Source: an uncultured Gammaproteobacteria bacterium (lineage in GTDB: Bacteria; Patescibacteriota; Microgenomatia; JALYQM01). From it: DNA of 64,000 nt. The translations under genes and the position numbers were made by a program. Of this stretch, positions 8,844-18,136 are shown piece after piece (the first letter of the stretch is position 1; every line of letters starts with the position of its first letter). The notes beneath the pieces are model-generated. The model was not told the origin of the DNA, did not search any database, and saw only the letters and a program-made list of their open reading frames with translations. The stretch lies in the NCBI GenBank assembly GCA_964403585.1, contig CAYOFQ010000001.1:1408826-1472825 (forward strand), given 5' to 3'.

Positions 8844-10097
8844 TCGACGACCGATTTCGGGCCAACGATACATTCTTCATATCGAGAATCTCTTCCCGCC
8901 GCTTGCCTATAGATACCGGATATTCCCCGGTAAAACAAGCAGTGCACAGCGCGTGAGCTCCTACCCCCGTTGCTTTTATCATGCCCTCAAGCGAAATATA
9001 ACTCAGTTCATCAACACCCAAAACATGACGGATTTCTTCAATTTGTCTTCCAAAAGCAATCAGATCTTTCTGATTGGGAGTATCAATACCATAAAAATCA
9101 GGATAAATATCCGGCGGTGAACTGATAACCAAATGTATTTTCAAAACTCCGGCTTCTCGCAATAACCGGGCAATATGCTTGATTGTGGTTCCTCGAACAA
9201 TCGAGTCATCTACTAAAATAACATCCTTGCCTCGCAACTGCTCCGGCAACGGCATTAACTTCATCTTAGCTGCCCGCTTCCGCACTTCATCGGTTGGTTG
9301 AATAAACGTTCGCGCCACATATCTGTTTTTTATCAATCCATTACAATACGGTATTTTAGAATATTCGGCAAACCCCTCGGCAGCCGGAATTGAAGAATCT
9401 GGCACCGGTACAACGATATCAGCTTGAATTTTATTCTCAACAGCTAATTGCATTCCCATTCGCCGGCGTACTTCGTTAACCCGCTGCCCCATCAAAATAC
9501 TGTCCGGTCGGGAAAAATAAACATATTCAAAAACATCGAGCCGTTGCCGCGACGCAACCTGCTGCTTACGGTGTAACCCGTGCGAATCAACCCAAACCAT
9601 CTCGCCGGCCATAACATCGCGGATATATTTTGCACCAATCAGATCAAAGGCACAGGTTTCCGAAGCAAATACATATCCTTCTTCAAACATTCCCATCGAC
9701 AAAGGCCGAATTCCGCACTCATCACGAACAGCGGCATACTATCCTTAGTCATTACCAGCAACGAGAAGACCCCGGTAAATAAAGGATAACTTTCCTCGAT
9801 CGCCTCGGGAAGCGAAAGACCCTTCTTAACCATCTAATACCAGATCGCTGCGGACATTAACTCAGTATCATTACAGCCATCAATCGAAACATTCTTATCT
9901 TCCAAAAAGGAAATCAGTGCATCTGTTAAAGGTAAATTACCGTTATGAGCAACAACGATACCACCAAACCGGTCCACCGGTTGCACATGTGCACTCGTCG
10001 AGCCGCCCGATGTCGCATAGCGAGTATGCGCAATAGCTATATGACCGTCACTCAGCGCATCGACAATTGCGTCATCAGGAAAAACAGTTGTCACCAA
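8815..10097 (-). pseudogene. purF: amidophosphoribosyltransferase (purF), disrupted by an in-frame TAG and a frameshift
   Basis: Three collinear fragments align to PurF. N-terminus 10097-9837 (HIAIAHTRYATSGG...VVAHNGNL...CNDTELM) ends at TAG 9836-9834. The middle segment continues in the same frame (GVFSLLVMTKD). The C-terminus is in another frame from about 9738 (YAAVRDECGIRPLSMG...GYVFASETCAFD...DDSIVRGTT). The frame switch lies near 9739-9745. Confidence 0.7.
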
Positions 10098-10142
10098 CCC
10101 TTCTTATTACCCTCTTATAGAGCGGGAAGGCAAAACAGGATT

Positions 10143-10186
10143 AAAAAATTGCAACCCGCTTAGGAATAAGCGGGTTTTTTCGTTTT
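10143..10186. terminator. bidirectional intrinsic terminator
   Basis: Perfect hairpin aacccgctta-ggaa-taagcgggtt flanked by an A-run (10143-10148) and a T-run (10175-10180, then cgtttt). Confidence 0.45.
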
Positions 10187-10289
10187 AGAGGTATTAATTT
10201 GAGCTGAAACAGTCTATGTTTTAAGGCTTGAAGATGTACCGCTCACAGGCACATTGAAATTACTGCGTTACATTCGCTTAAGTGAGTGA

Positions 10290-10700
10290 GGAGCAATTTC
10301 TCTCCTATTCGGGCACACTCCACTTGGTGGAACAAAACTTGCGGTCTTACCGCGAATTTTAGCCCACCTGGGTCCTTTTGGCTTCGGCCAGGCGACTCGA
10401 GCGGAAAGTGGAGATAGGATCGAAAGTCACGATTAAAAAAGGAGACCAGCATGGAAACCATTCTCGGAATTCCGCAGAACATTCAAAGTTTGGACGACGG
10501 ATACGGAGATCGCGGTGAGGAGTGGCAGATGGCCAGGGGCCAGGCGCTGAAGGGTAATCCCTCCAGCTAACCAAAAACCGGAGGCCGCTCCTCCCGTAGA
10601 TTTCTCATCTAACCGCCGAGGCAATAGCCATCGGTGCCCGCGCTTCGGCGGTTAGATTTCATTCTTCACAACGCAGAAAAACAGGTGCCTAGCACCGCAG
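10290..10700 (-). ncRNA. GC-rich structured RNA, RNase P RNA-like (S-domain motifs on the minus strand); boundaries and identity uncertain
   Basis: Minus strand reads CAGGUGGGCUAAAAUUCGCGGUAAGACCGCAAG...UUCCACCAAGUGGAG...GCCCGAAUAGGAG. This is collinear with the bacterial RNase P motifs CAGGUAAGGGUGAAAGGGUGCGGUAAGAGCGCACC...CUCCACCCGGAGCAAGGCCAAAUAGGGG. The region is markedly GC-rich with long perfect hairpins (ctaaccgccga/tcggcggttag). Only short overlapping ORFs on both strands. No clear GGAAAGUCCGG P4 strand was found on the same strand. Confidence 0.35.
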
Positions 10701-10794
10701 GGGTAACTCAGAAATGAAGAATTGAAAGAAAAGAGTCACATCTTTTCCCGAGATTAATAATTTCAACCAACGCCAACCCCTGCGTGCATCAGTG

Positions 10795-11619
10795 TCAGCG
10801 CATCATGCCGCTTCGATACAAGCCCAATAACTTAAAATTCCCAACTGCTTTCTTAAACTGATTTCCCAGGACACCTCTTTGGAAGTGTTCGGAAAACTCA
10901 ATATCTACATAAAAAACATACTCGAATGGCTTTTCATACATCGGCCGGGATTCAATTTTGGTCAAATTCATACCTGCATCAGACAACACCTTCAATGCAG
11001 TAGATAAACTGCCCGCTTTATGAGGTAAGTTAAAAACTACAGAACATTTGTTAACCGACTCCGAAGGTAACTCTCTGCCTACCACTAAAAACCGGGTATA
11101 GTTGATCGGGGCGTTCGCAATTCCATTCATCATGATTTCCAAAGAGTAAACTTTCGCTGCACCGGAACTCGCAATCGCTGCATAGGCCGGATTTTTTTCT
11201 TGTGCTACAAACTGCGCAGCGCTGGCATTATCGGAGTAAGCTACTTGCTCAATAAACGGATACTTCTCAAATAACTGAGAGCACTGCGCTAAAGCTTGCG
11301 GATGAGCAAATACTTTCTTAATCGCATTAATTACAAACCCCTGTTTTTTAACACCTAATAAACAATGCTCTATTTTAAGATACGTTTCTCCGACAATATG
11401 AAGCTCTGAGCATGATAACAAATCATAATTCTCATATACCGATCCCGCCAGGCTGTTTTCAATCGGAATAACACCAACCTCACATGACTCTTTCTTTACC
11501 GCGTCAAAAACATCAGCGAATCGTATACAGGGAACATACTGATCTGCCGGAGTAAAATACTGCAAAGCAGCATCGTAACTATATGAACCCGGAATACCAT
11601 AATATGCAACAGTGGCCAT
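10795..11619 (-). CDS. pheA: prephenate dehydratase (PDT domain + ACT domain)
   Basis: 274 aa. An N-terminal (MATVAYYGIPGSYSYDAALQYF) consistent with PDT and a C-terminal ACT-like region. Confidence 0.8.
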   Translation of the reverse strand: MATVAYYGIPGSYSYDAALQYFTPADQYVPCIRFADVFDAVKKESCEVGVIPIENSLAGSVYENYDLLSCSELHIVGETYLKIEHCLLGVKKQGFVINAIKKVFAHPQALAQCSQLFEKYPFIEQVAYSDNASAAQFVAQEKNPAYAAIASSGAAKVYSLEIMMNGIANAPINYTRFLVVGRELPSESVNKCSVVFNLPHKAGSLSTALKVLSDAGMNLTKIESRPMYEKPFEYVFYVDIEFSEHFQRGVLGNQFKKAVGNFKLLGLYRSGMMR

Positions 11620-11708
11620 GTATTTAGAGTAGCGATTTTTTTGGTTAACAGCAATATGGACATGTTCATCCGGATGCAGAATACGACCCGTTGGTATAAA
11701 ATACCTAC

Positions 11709-13010
11709 ATGAATCAAACCTACCAAAACCTTCTTACCGAATTTATCCGGTTTAAAAGTATATCGACAGACAATACTTTCGCCACCGAAATTCAAAAATG
11801 CGCATTGTGGCTTAAAAATATATTCACCGAACACGGTTTTAAAGCAACCGTCACTAATGGGTACGGGAATCCAATCATCGTAGCGCATTACCAGGCTAAC
11901 CCGGAATACAAAACCTGCCTCATTTATGGACACTATGATGTCCAGCCTGCACACAGGAATGAAGGCTGGAATTCGGAACCATTCGAACTTTTTAATGATG
12001 GAAAACGTCTGTATGCTCGTGGTGCGATAGATAATAAGGGTCAGGTAATGATCCACATTGCCACTATTTTCGCACTCATCAAGGAAAATAAACTCGGGTA
12101 TAACATTACCTTCATGATCGAAGGCAATGAAGAAACCGGTTCTCCACTGCTTGGCAAATTCATTTCCGATCATACCGAGAAGTTAAAAGCAGATTTTGTA
12201 GTAATCTCCGATGGCGAAATAACCGGTAATCATCCAATAATTGAACTCGGATTCCGGGGAGGTTTTAATACTACAATCACGATTAAAACTGCAAGCAATG
12301 ACCTTCACTCAGGCATTTACGGAGGGATCGCCCCCAGTGCCACTCACGAAGCAGCCAAACTGATCGCAAAGCTCTATGACCACAACAATCATATAACCAT
12401 TCCTCATTTTTATGATGATGTTGCCCCAATTGATACGAATGAACCCATTCCTTTTGACAATCAAGAATATCAGCGCATCACCGGGGCTAAAGTACTACTA
12501 AACGAACCTGAATTTGACCCGTATACCCAGGTTGGGTTACGTCCGTCCATCCAGGTTACCGGTTTCAATTCCGGGTACACCGGTGAAGGCTATAAAAACG
12601 GCATTCATGCTAAGGCAACGCTAAAAATCAATTTTCGGCTGGTACGCAATCAGGATCCGGAAAAAATAGCCGAACTGTTTCGCAAATACCTCCGGGAAAC
12701 ACTCCCTGATTATGCAGACTTTGAAATGGAAGTCGATGACATCCACACAGGAGTTAAACTCAACCTGGATAACAACTATGTACGGAAAGCACAGGAAATC
12801 CTGGCAAAGGCGTATGCTACACAACCGCTTCTCAAATATAGTGGCGGTGGTCTTCCTATCGTTACATATTTTGAGGAAGCACTTACTGTTCCACAGGTCC
12901 TGGTACCCCTTGCCAACGAAGACTGCAATATGCACGGCGCGAATGAAAATTTTAACCTTGATGACGTCGAGAAATCACTTCGGTTCAGTAGTGAGTTCTT
13001 CAGCAAATAA
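11709..13010 (+). CDS. M20-family metallopeptidase (dipeptidase-like)
   Basis: M20 metal-ligand motifs GHYDVQPA, GAIDNKGQ, EGNEETGS. 433 aa. Confidence 0.75.
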   Translation: MNQTYQNLLTEFIRFKSISTDNTFATEIQKCALWLKNIFTEHGFKATVTNGYGNPIIVAHYQANPEYKTCLIYGHYDVQPAHRNEGWNSEPFELFNDGKRLYARGAIDNKGQVMIHIATIFALIKENKLGYNITFMIEGNEETGSPLLGKFISDHTEKLKADFVVISDGEITGNHPIIELGFRGGFNTTITIKTASNDLHSGIYGGIAPSATHEAAKLIAKLYDHNNHITIPHFYDDVAPIDTNEPIPFDNQEYQRITGAKVLLNEPEFDPYTQVGLRPSIQVTGFNSGYTGEGYKNGIHAKATLKINFRLVRNQDPEKIAELFRKYLRETLPDYADFEMEVDDIHTGVKLNLDNNYVRKAQEILAKAYATQPLLKYSGGGLPIVTYFEEALTVPQVLVPLANEDCNMHGANENFNLDDVEKSLRFSSEFFSK

Positions 13011-13158
13011 CTTTCGAACAGGATGCACAATAATAAGCGGAGCAGACTCTCGGGGTAACGCCGTCGCTTTAGGGAAGCCAAACTCCGGCAACGGCCGTAC
13101 TACAATATAATAGTACTGATGATTTTCTCATCCAACAACGGATTTAATTCTTTGGCCA

Positions 13159-14100
13159 TTATTGCACTCGCACTTCACGAACCACATAATTTTTTTTACC
13201 GCTGCTTGCAAAGTATCCCCGCACCACAATATCGGCAACCAACCCCATCACCAGTAATTGCACGCCAAGGATAAACATTAAAACTGAAGCTACGATCCAG
13301 CGTTCAGACGTTAAAAATCCGTAATCATTAAACGCATGAGTCAAAACAACAAATAACGTAAAAACACTGATACCGATTACCGCTAACCCCATTCCGCCAA
13401 GAATATGCAGTGGACGAGCCGAAAAACGTCCCCAAAACCAGACTGCAATCATATCCAAAAAACCCTTCACCGCACGTTTCCATGAATATTTAGATACACC
13501 ATGAATCCGTGCCCGGTGACGCACACGATACTCACTTACCCGGTATCCCTTACTCAAAGCAATCGAAACAAAGAAACGATGCATTTCACCATACAACTCT
13601 ACGTCATCCATTACCCGACGTCGAAACACTTTAATACCGCACCCTGCATCATGGATCCGATCCCGCAGGAGTAATTGTCGTAATCCATACGCTCCCCGGG
13701 AGACTAATCGCTTAAGTAAAGGATCATGTCGACGTCTTCGCCAACCAATTACAAAATCCCAACATTCATTATCCAGTTTCATCAACATTGGTATAAGATC
13801 ATACGGATCATTTTGCAAATCACCATCCATCGTGGCAATCATCTCACCACTGGCAACCTCAATTCCTGCTACCAGAGCTGCCGTCTGACCAAACGAACGC
13901 TGCATCTCAACAACCGTGACTCCTTTAAGTGAGGCCAGTATGTCTCTACTTTTGTCAGTAGAACCGTCATTAATGTAAATTAATTCATAGGGAAGATCAA
14001 GCGACTCTAAAGCCTCAACCGTCTCGGTATGTAACTTCAGGATATTTCCTTCTTCATTGAAAATAGGCACAACCACCGACAAATAGGTTTTGTCTTCCAT
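13159..14100 (-). CDS. GT2 glycosyltransferase, polyprenyl-phosphate sugar transferase (DPM1/ArnC-like) with C-terminal TM helices
   Basis: LSVVVPIFNEE...YINDGSTD...DGDLQND (DXD) and two C-terminal TM helices. Confidence 0.8.
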   Translation of the reverse strand: MEDKTYLSVVVPIFNEEGNILKLHTETVEALESLDLPYELIYINDGSTDKSRDILASLKGVTVVEMQRSFGQTAALVAGIEVASGEMIATMDGDLQNDPYDLIPMLMKLDNECWDFVIGWRRRRHDPLLKRLVSRGAYGLRQLLLRDRIHDAGCGIKVFRRRVMDDVELYGEMHRFFVSIALSKGYRVSEYRVRHRARIHGVSKYSWKRAVKGFLDMIAVWFWGRFSARPLHILGGMGLAVIGISVFTLFVVLTHAFNDYGFLTSERWIVASVLMFILGVQLLVMGLVADIVVRGYFASSGKKNYVVREVRVQ

Positions 14101-14115
14101 AACAGACGAATTATA

Positions 14116-16572
14116 CTACACCAGGCCAAAAAGTTCTTTTGTCGGCTGCCACCACACAATAAAGAGCTGTAACGCGAGGCTGAAAACCAACACTACAAGC
14201 AGTTTCCAGTTATTAAAAGGAGAAGATCGGCGCACATTCAATACGCGGATAAATTGCAATCCAACAATCGCCACAAAGGCATATGTTCTACCAAGAACAA
14301 CTCCTCCGATTGAATTTCCCAGCCAGAACAGCCACAAAGATACTGCGGCTAAAGACACCGCATTAAGTAATAAAATATTCCAGTCTTTACGTTGAATTAT
14401 CTGCGAATGAATCGCCCGCGGTGGCGTCTTCATAGTATCCTTTTCCAGAGTATCGGTAGCCAAAGCCAGCGCAGGTAAGCCATCAGTAACTAAATTCATC
14501 CACAAAATCATCAATGGCGTAAACGGCGTGTGCCCGGCATCAAACAACAGCATCGCGCCGAGAATGGTTAAAATTTCACCAATATTTGTTGAAACGAGAT
14601 AATGTACAGCCTTAACAATATTGCGGTATATTCTTCGGCCTTCTTCAACAGCAACCACTATTGTTGCGTAATTGTCATCGGAAAGAACCATATCTGCGGC
14701 TTCTTTAGCTACATCTGTACCATTAATGCCCATCGCCACACCTATATCCGCCTGTTTAAGTGCTAACGCATCATTAACCCCGTCGCCGGTAACCGCAACA
14801 ACATTCCCCTGTCCCTGAAAAAGCCGTACGATACGTAGTTTGTCCTCAGGAGTACTGCGGGCAAATATACGGACACTCGGTAACTGCTTGAGCAATTCTT
14901 CATCAGACATTCCGCGGACTTCTTCTCCGTTTAATACAACATCACCTTCAGTTAGTAGACCAATTTCTTTCCCAATTGCTCCTGCGGTTACCACATTGTC
15001 ACCGGTCACCATAACGGTGCGTATACCGGCCTCCCGGGCAGTCGCGATAGCTGCTTTTGCTACCGGCCTCGGTGGATCGGCAATCCCGACAACGCCCAAG
15101 AAAGTTAGGCCAGATTCTACATCTTCCAGTCGTAATGACGTGGGTTCAATACCGGTTACTTCCTTATAACCAAGGCCCAAAGTACGAAGTCCCTGTTTAG
15201 CCATCGCTTCAATTTGCATATGAACTTTTTCTTTATCCGAATCACTTAAAGTACACCGGTCGACAACAATTTCCGGAGCACCTTTGGTATAAACAGTCAG
15301 AAGGTCATTCTTTTTCACCACCACACTCATCATTTTGCGTACGCTATCAAACAGGAATTCTTCTTCCCTGCTATATTCATTTCTCACCGCGTCATAACTA
15401 ACCCCTGCCTGTTCAGCCAAATACAGTAAGGCACCTTCGGTAGTATCCCCGATAACTACCTCAACACCTTCATCATTCATACTTAACGTTGCACTGTTAC
15501 ACAACACGCCTGCCCGGATAAGTTCCCCAAATTGATCTGCATCCCGGGAACTCTCCTCAGTAACTTTCCACTCTCCCGAAAGCCCCCATACTTCACGAAC
15601 ACGCATACTATTAGTAGTCAACGTCCCTGTTTTGTCGGTACAAATAATTGTCGTCGCGCCGAGTGTTTCAACCGCCGAAAGCTTTCTGATAATTGCTTTC
15701 TTTTGCGCCATCTTCGACACACCTAAGCCTAAAGTTATTGTTACTACCGCCGGCAAACTCTCCGGGACAGCAGCCACCGCCAAACTAATCGCGGTTAAAA
15801 ATAAGGGAAAGAACTCTGCACCTTTAATCTCGCCGACCAAAAATACCAGGAGGCAGCAAACAATCGCGCCAATACCTAGATACTTACCCAATACCGAAAG
15901 TTGCTTCTCCAGCGGAGTTTCACTTTCGTCAATCGCCGCCATCTCGGCACTGATCTTTCCAAATCGGGTGTGCATACCGGTACCGGTAACCAGAATCGTT
16001 GCTCGACCTCGGGAAACCACGGTCCCCATAAAGACCATATGCTCATCAGCCATATCCGCTTTGCTACCGGCACTCTTTTCCACAGCCACCGACTCACCGG
16101 TTAATGCCGACTCATCAACAGCCAGATGCATTCCTTCAATAATCACACCATCGATAGGAACTTTATTACCTTCCTCAATCAATACCGCATCACCAATGAC
16201 AACTTCGGCGCTGGGAACCAGCACTTCTTTACCATCCCGGATTACCCGCACCATCGAGACGGTCATATCCCGCAATCGCTCGATAGCTTTATCTGCTTTA
16301 TACTCCTGGTAAAAACCAAGAGCTCCGTTCAACAGCACCACCAGCAGAATAAAACCGGCATCAATATACTCCTCAAAGTAAAAAGAAACACCGGCCGCAA
16401 TAATCAGCAGTAAAACTAAAAACGAGTAAAACTGGGAAAGAAAAATAAATAGAGCGCTTTTTTTATTGGTACGGGATAACTCATTTGGACCGTTTTCCAG
16501 AAGCACTTTTTTTGCTGCATCCGAGGTAAGTCCATAAGAAAGTGCCATACCCCAAAGTATAGCACATTTCAA
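14116..16572 (-). CDS. cation-transporting P-type ATPase (type II, Ca2+/Mg2+-ATPase-like)
   Basis: DKTGTLT phosphorylation site, TGDN, GDGVNDALAL, 8-10 TM segments. 818 aa. Confidence 0.9.
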   Translation of the reverse strand: MKCAILWGMALSYGLTSDAAKKVLLENGPNELSRTNKKSALFIFLSQFYSFLVLLLIIAAGVSFYFEEYIDAGFILLVVLLNGALGFYQEYKADKAIERLRDMTVSMVRVIRDGKEVLVPSAEVVIGDAVLIEEGNKVPIDGVIIEGMHLAVDESALTGESVAVEKSAGSKADMADEHMVFMGTVVSRGRATILVTGTGMHTRFGKISAEMAAIDESETPLEKQLSVLGKYLGIGAIVCCLLVFLVGEIKGAEFFPLFLTAISLAVAAVPESLPAVVTITLGLGVSKMAQKKAIIRKLSAVETLGATTIICTDKTGTLTTNSMRVREVWGLSGEWKVTEESSRDADQFGELIRAGVLCNSATLSMNDEGVEVVIGDTTEGALLYLAEQAGVSYDAVRNEYSREEEFLFDSVRKMMSVVVKKNDLLTVYTKGAPEIVVDRCTLSDSDKEKVHMQIEAMAKQGLRTLGLGYKEVTGIEPTSLRLEDVESGLTFLGVVGIADPPRPVAKAAIATAREAGIRTVMVTGDNVVTAGAIGKEIGLLTEGDVVLNGEEVRGMSDEELLKQLPSVRIFARSTPEDKLRIVRLFQGQGNVVAVTGDGVNDALALKQADIGVAMGINGTDVAKEAADMVLSDDNYATIVVAVEEGRRIYRNIVKAVHYLVSTNIGEILTILGAMLLFDAGHTPFTPLMILWMNLVTDGLPALALATDTLEKDTMKTPPRAIHSQIIQRKDWNILLLNAVSLAAVSLWLFWLGNSIGGVVLGRTYAFVAIVGLQFIRVLNVRRSSPFNNWKLLVVLVFSLALQLFIVWWQPTKELFGLV

Positions 16573-16585
16573 ATGACAATATACA

Positions 16586-17041
16586 CTACTTTACACCAAG
16601 TAACTCAACTTCAAACACTAAAGTTGAATTAGGAGGAATAACACCCATGTCACGGGCACCATATCCCATTTCAGGCGGAATAGTTAACTTTCTTTTTCCA
16701 CCAACTTTCATTCCGGCTACGCCTTCGTCCCAGCCACGGATAACCTGCCCTGCGCCCAAACTAAATTCAAACGGTTCATTACGATCTCGGGAGCTGTCAA
16801 ACTTCGTGCCGTTTGTAAGCGTACCAACATAATGTACACTGACATCTTTTCCGGCTACGGCCTCTTCGCCGGTACCGACAACCAAATCTTCTTTTTGTAA
16901 TTGACCACCATCGGTAGAATATCCGCTCACTTTGCCTCCTTCGGATTTATTTGCATCATACGCTGCTTCCCGAACACAACCGGAAAGAATAATCGCTGTT
17001 AATAATACAGGGAGAATAATAAATGATTTTTTCATATACAC
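16586..17041 (-). CDS. FKBP-type peptidyl-prolyl cis-trans isomerase lipoprotein
   Basis: Lipobox LSGC after the signal peptide. FKBP domain ([18 protein letters not shown]...[38 protein letters not shown]). Confidence 0.85.
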   Translation of the reverse strand: MYMKKSFIILPVLLTAIILSGCVREAAYDANKSEGGKVSGYSTDGGQLQKEDLVVGTGEEAVAGKDVSVHYVGTLTNGTKFDSSRDRNEPFEFSLGAGQVIRGWDEGVAGMKVGGKRKLTIPPEMGYGARDMGVIPPNSTLVFEVELLGVK

Positions 17042-17121
17042 GTACTATATATGAACGAGGATCAGAAGCGCAACCTTGTGTGACATTGTCACGCTTCTGA
17101 TCACAGATAATTAACCGACAC

Positions 17122-17487
17122 TTACCGATTGTTCGGCAGATTCAGAATAGCCAGGCAGGCTGCAGCCCCAACCGCCGCAACAAATTTCCACCACGGCCAT
17201 TCTGATAACGCCCCGTCAAAATATGCAGCGCAGACGGTCAGAACCGACTGCCAGGCCAGGGATTGAATCAACAAGGAATTGATCCCCAGCTTTTGCATAA
17301 AATAGACGCTTATCCAGTACAGCACGATGCCGAACTGGAAACTAACGTAGGAGCTTGTCAGCTCCTTCAAGGAAAAACCCCCGGGAAAAATACGCGAAGC
17401 GTGGTACAGCGCACGTGCGTCACTGTACCCGGTAAGAATTGCACTTACCGCCAACCCGACCAGGAAAATCCATAGGAAAAGAGGCAT
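17122..17487 (-). CDS. small integral membrane protein (121 aa)
   Basis: Four predicted TM helices, no motif. Confidence 0.35.
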   Translation of the reverse strand: MPLFLWIFLVGLAVSAILTGYSDARALYHASRIFPGGFSLKELTSSYVSFQFGIVLYWISVYFMQKLGINSLLIQSLAWQSVLTVCAAYFDGALSEWPWWKFVAAVGAAACLAILNLPNNR

Positions 17488-17680
17488 CTCCTTCCCTCCT
17501 CGTTAGCTAAAACCGGTAGCCACGTAAGTACCCTGAGCAAGGTACTTAAGAAGCTATCGGTTCTCTATATAAATATCGGTTAAAGTGCTAAATCCAACTA
17601 CGACATACCATACTATCAACTATGTAGCCATATCGTACGTGGACAAAGATTATACAGGTTCTCAAACAAAGAATCAACTA

Positions 17681-18109
17681 CTATTCGTGGCGACTGGTCA
17701 ATATAACCAAAACCAGTAACTGCAGCAGGATTGCCAAAGCCCATAACCGTTCCCCCGTTGACCAGTGAGGGAGAACCTGGTCCTTATAGGCCACCACAAT
17801 CGTCATAATAGTTACCCAAACCAGGTTTTGCAGGAGAGCTGAGCGTACATTCGCCTGAACCATCGCTCCGACATATAAGTGATAGAGAATAATCCCGGCA
17901 AAAAAGAAACCTGCCGAAAGGAACAATTTTGACCAGTGAATTGTCGGAAACCAGCTATGCGGATTTCGGGTCCATCCTAAACTCGCCGAAGAAACAGCAC
18001 TTCCGTCGGCAAAACCGGTAGCAGAAGCAAATACTAATCCTGCAACTATATAAAAAACTACGAGCATCGTACTTACTCTCGCTTTCTTTCTTTTTGGCAT
18101 ATGCCGCAT
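17681..18109 (-). CDS. small integral membrane protein (142 aa)
   Basis: Predicted TM helices, no motif. Confidence 0.35.
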   Translation of the reverse strand: MRHMPKRKKARVSTMLVVFYIVAGLVFASATGFADGSAVSSASLGWTRNPHSWFPTIHWSKLFLSAGFFFAGIILYHLYVGAMVQANVRSALLQNLVWVTIMTIVVAYKDQVLPHWSTGERLWALAILLQLLVLVILTSRHE

Positions 18110-18136
18110 ATATCAATTAGTGTAGAGTAAGACCTT

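Noticed and set aside
8815-10097. In-frame TAG inside purF as evidence of stop-codon reassignment (alternative genetic code)
   Set aside because: TAG, TAA and TGA all terminate well-conserved genes elsewhere in the window at the expected positions (e.g. TGA at 696-698, TAA/TAG at aaRS ends). A frameshift accompanies the TAG, so a pseudogene or assembly error is the simpler explanation.
10243-10624. Three overlapping 63-79-aa minus-strand ORFs
   Set aside because: They overlap each other in different frames within a GC-rich, hairpin-dense region that is better explained as a structured RNA.
15632-16312. 226-aa plus-strand ORF
   Set aside because: Lies antisense inside the well-supported P-type ATPase gene. 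Low-complexity Ser/Thr/Ala-rich translation typical of a shadow ORF.
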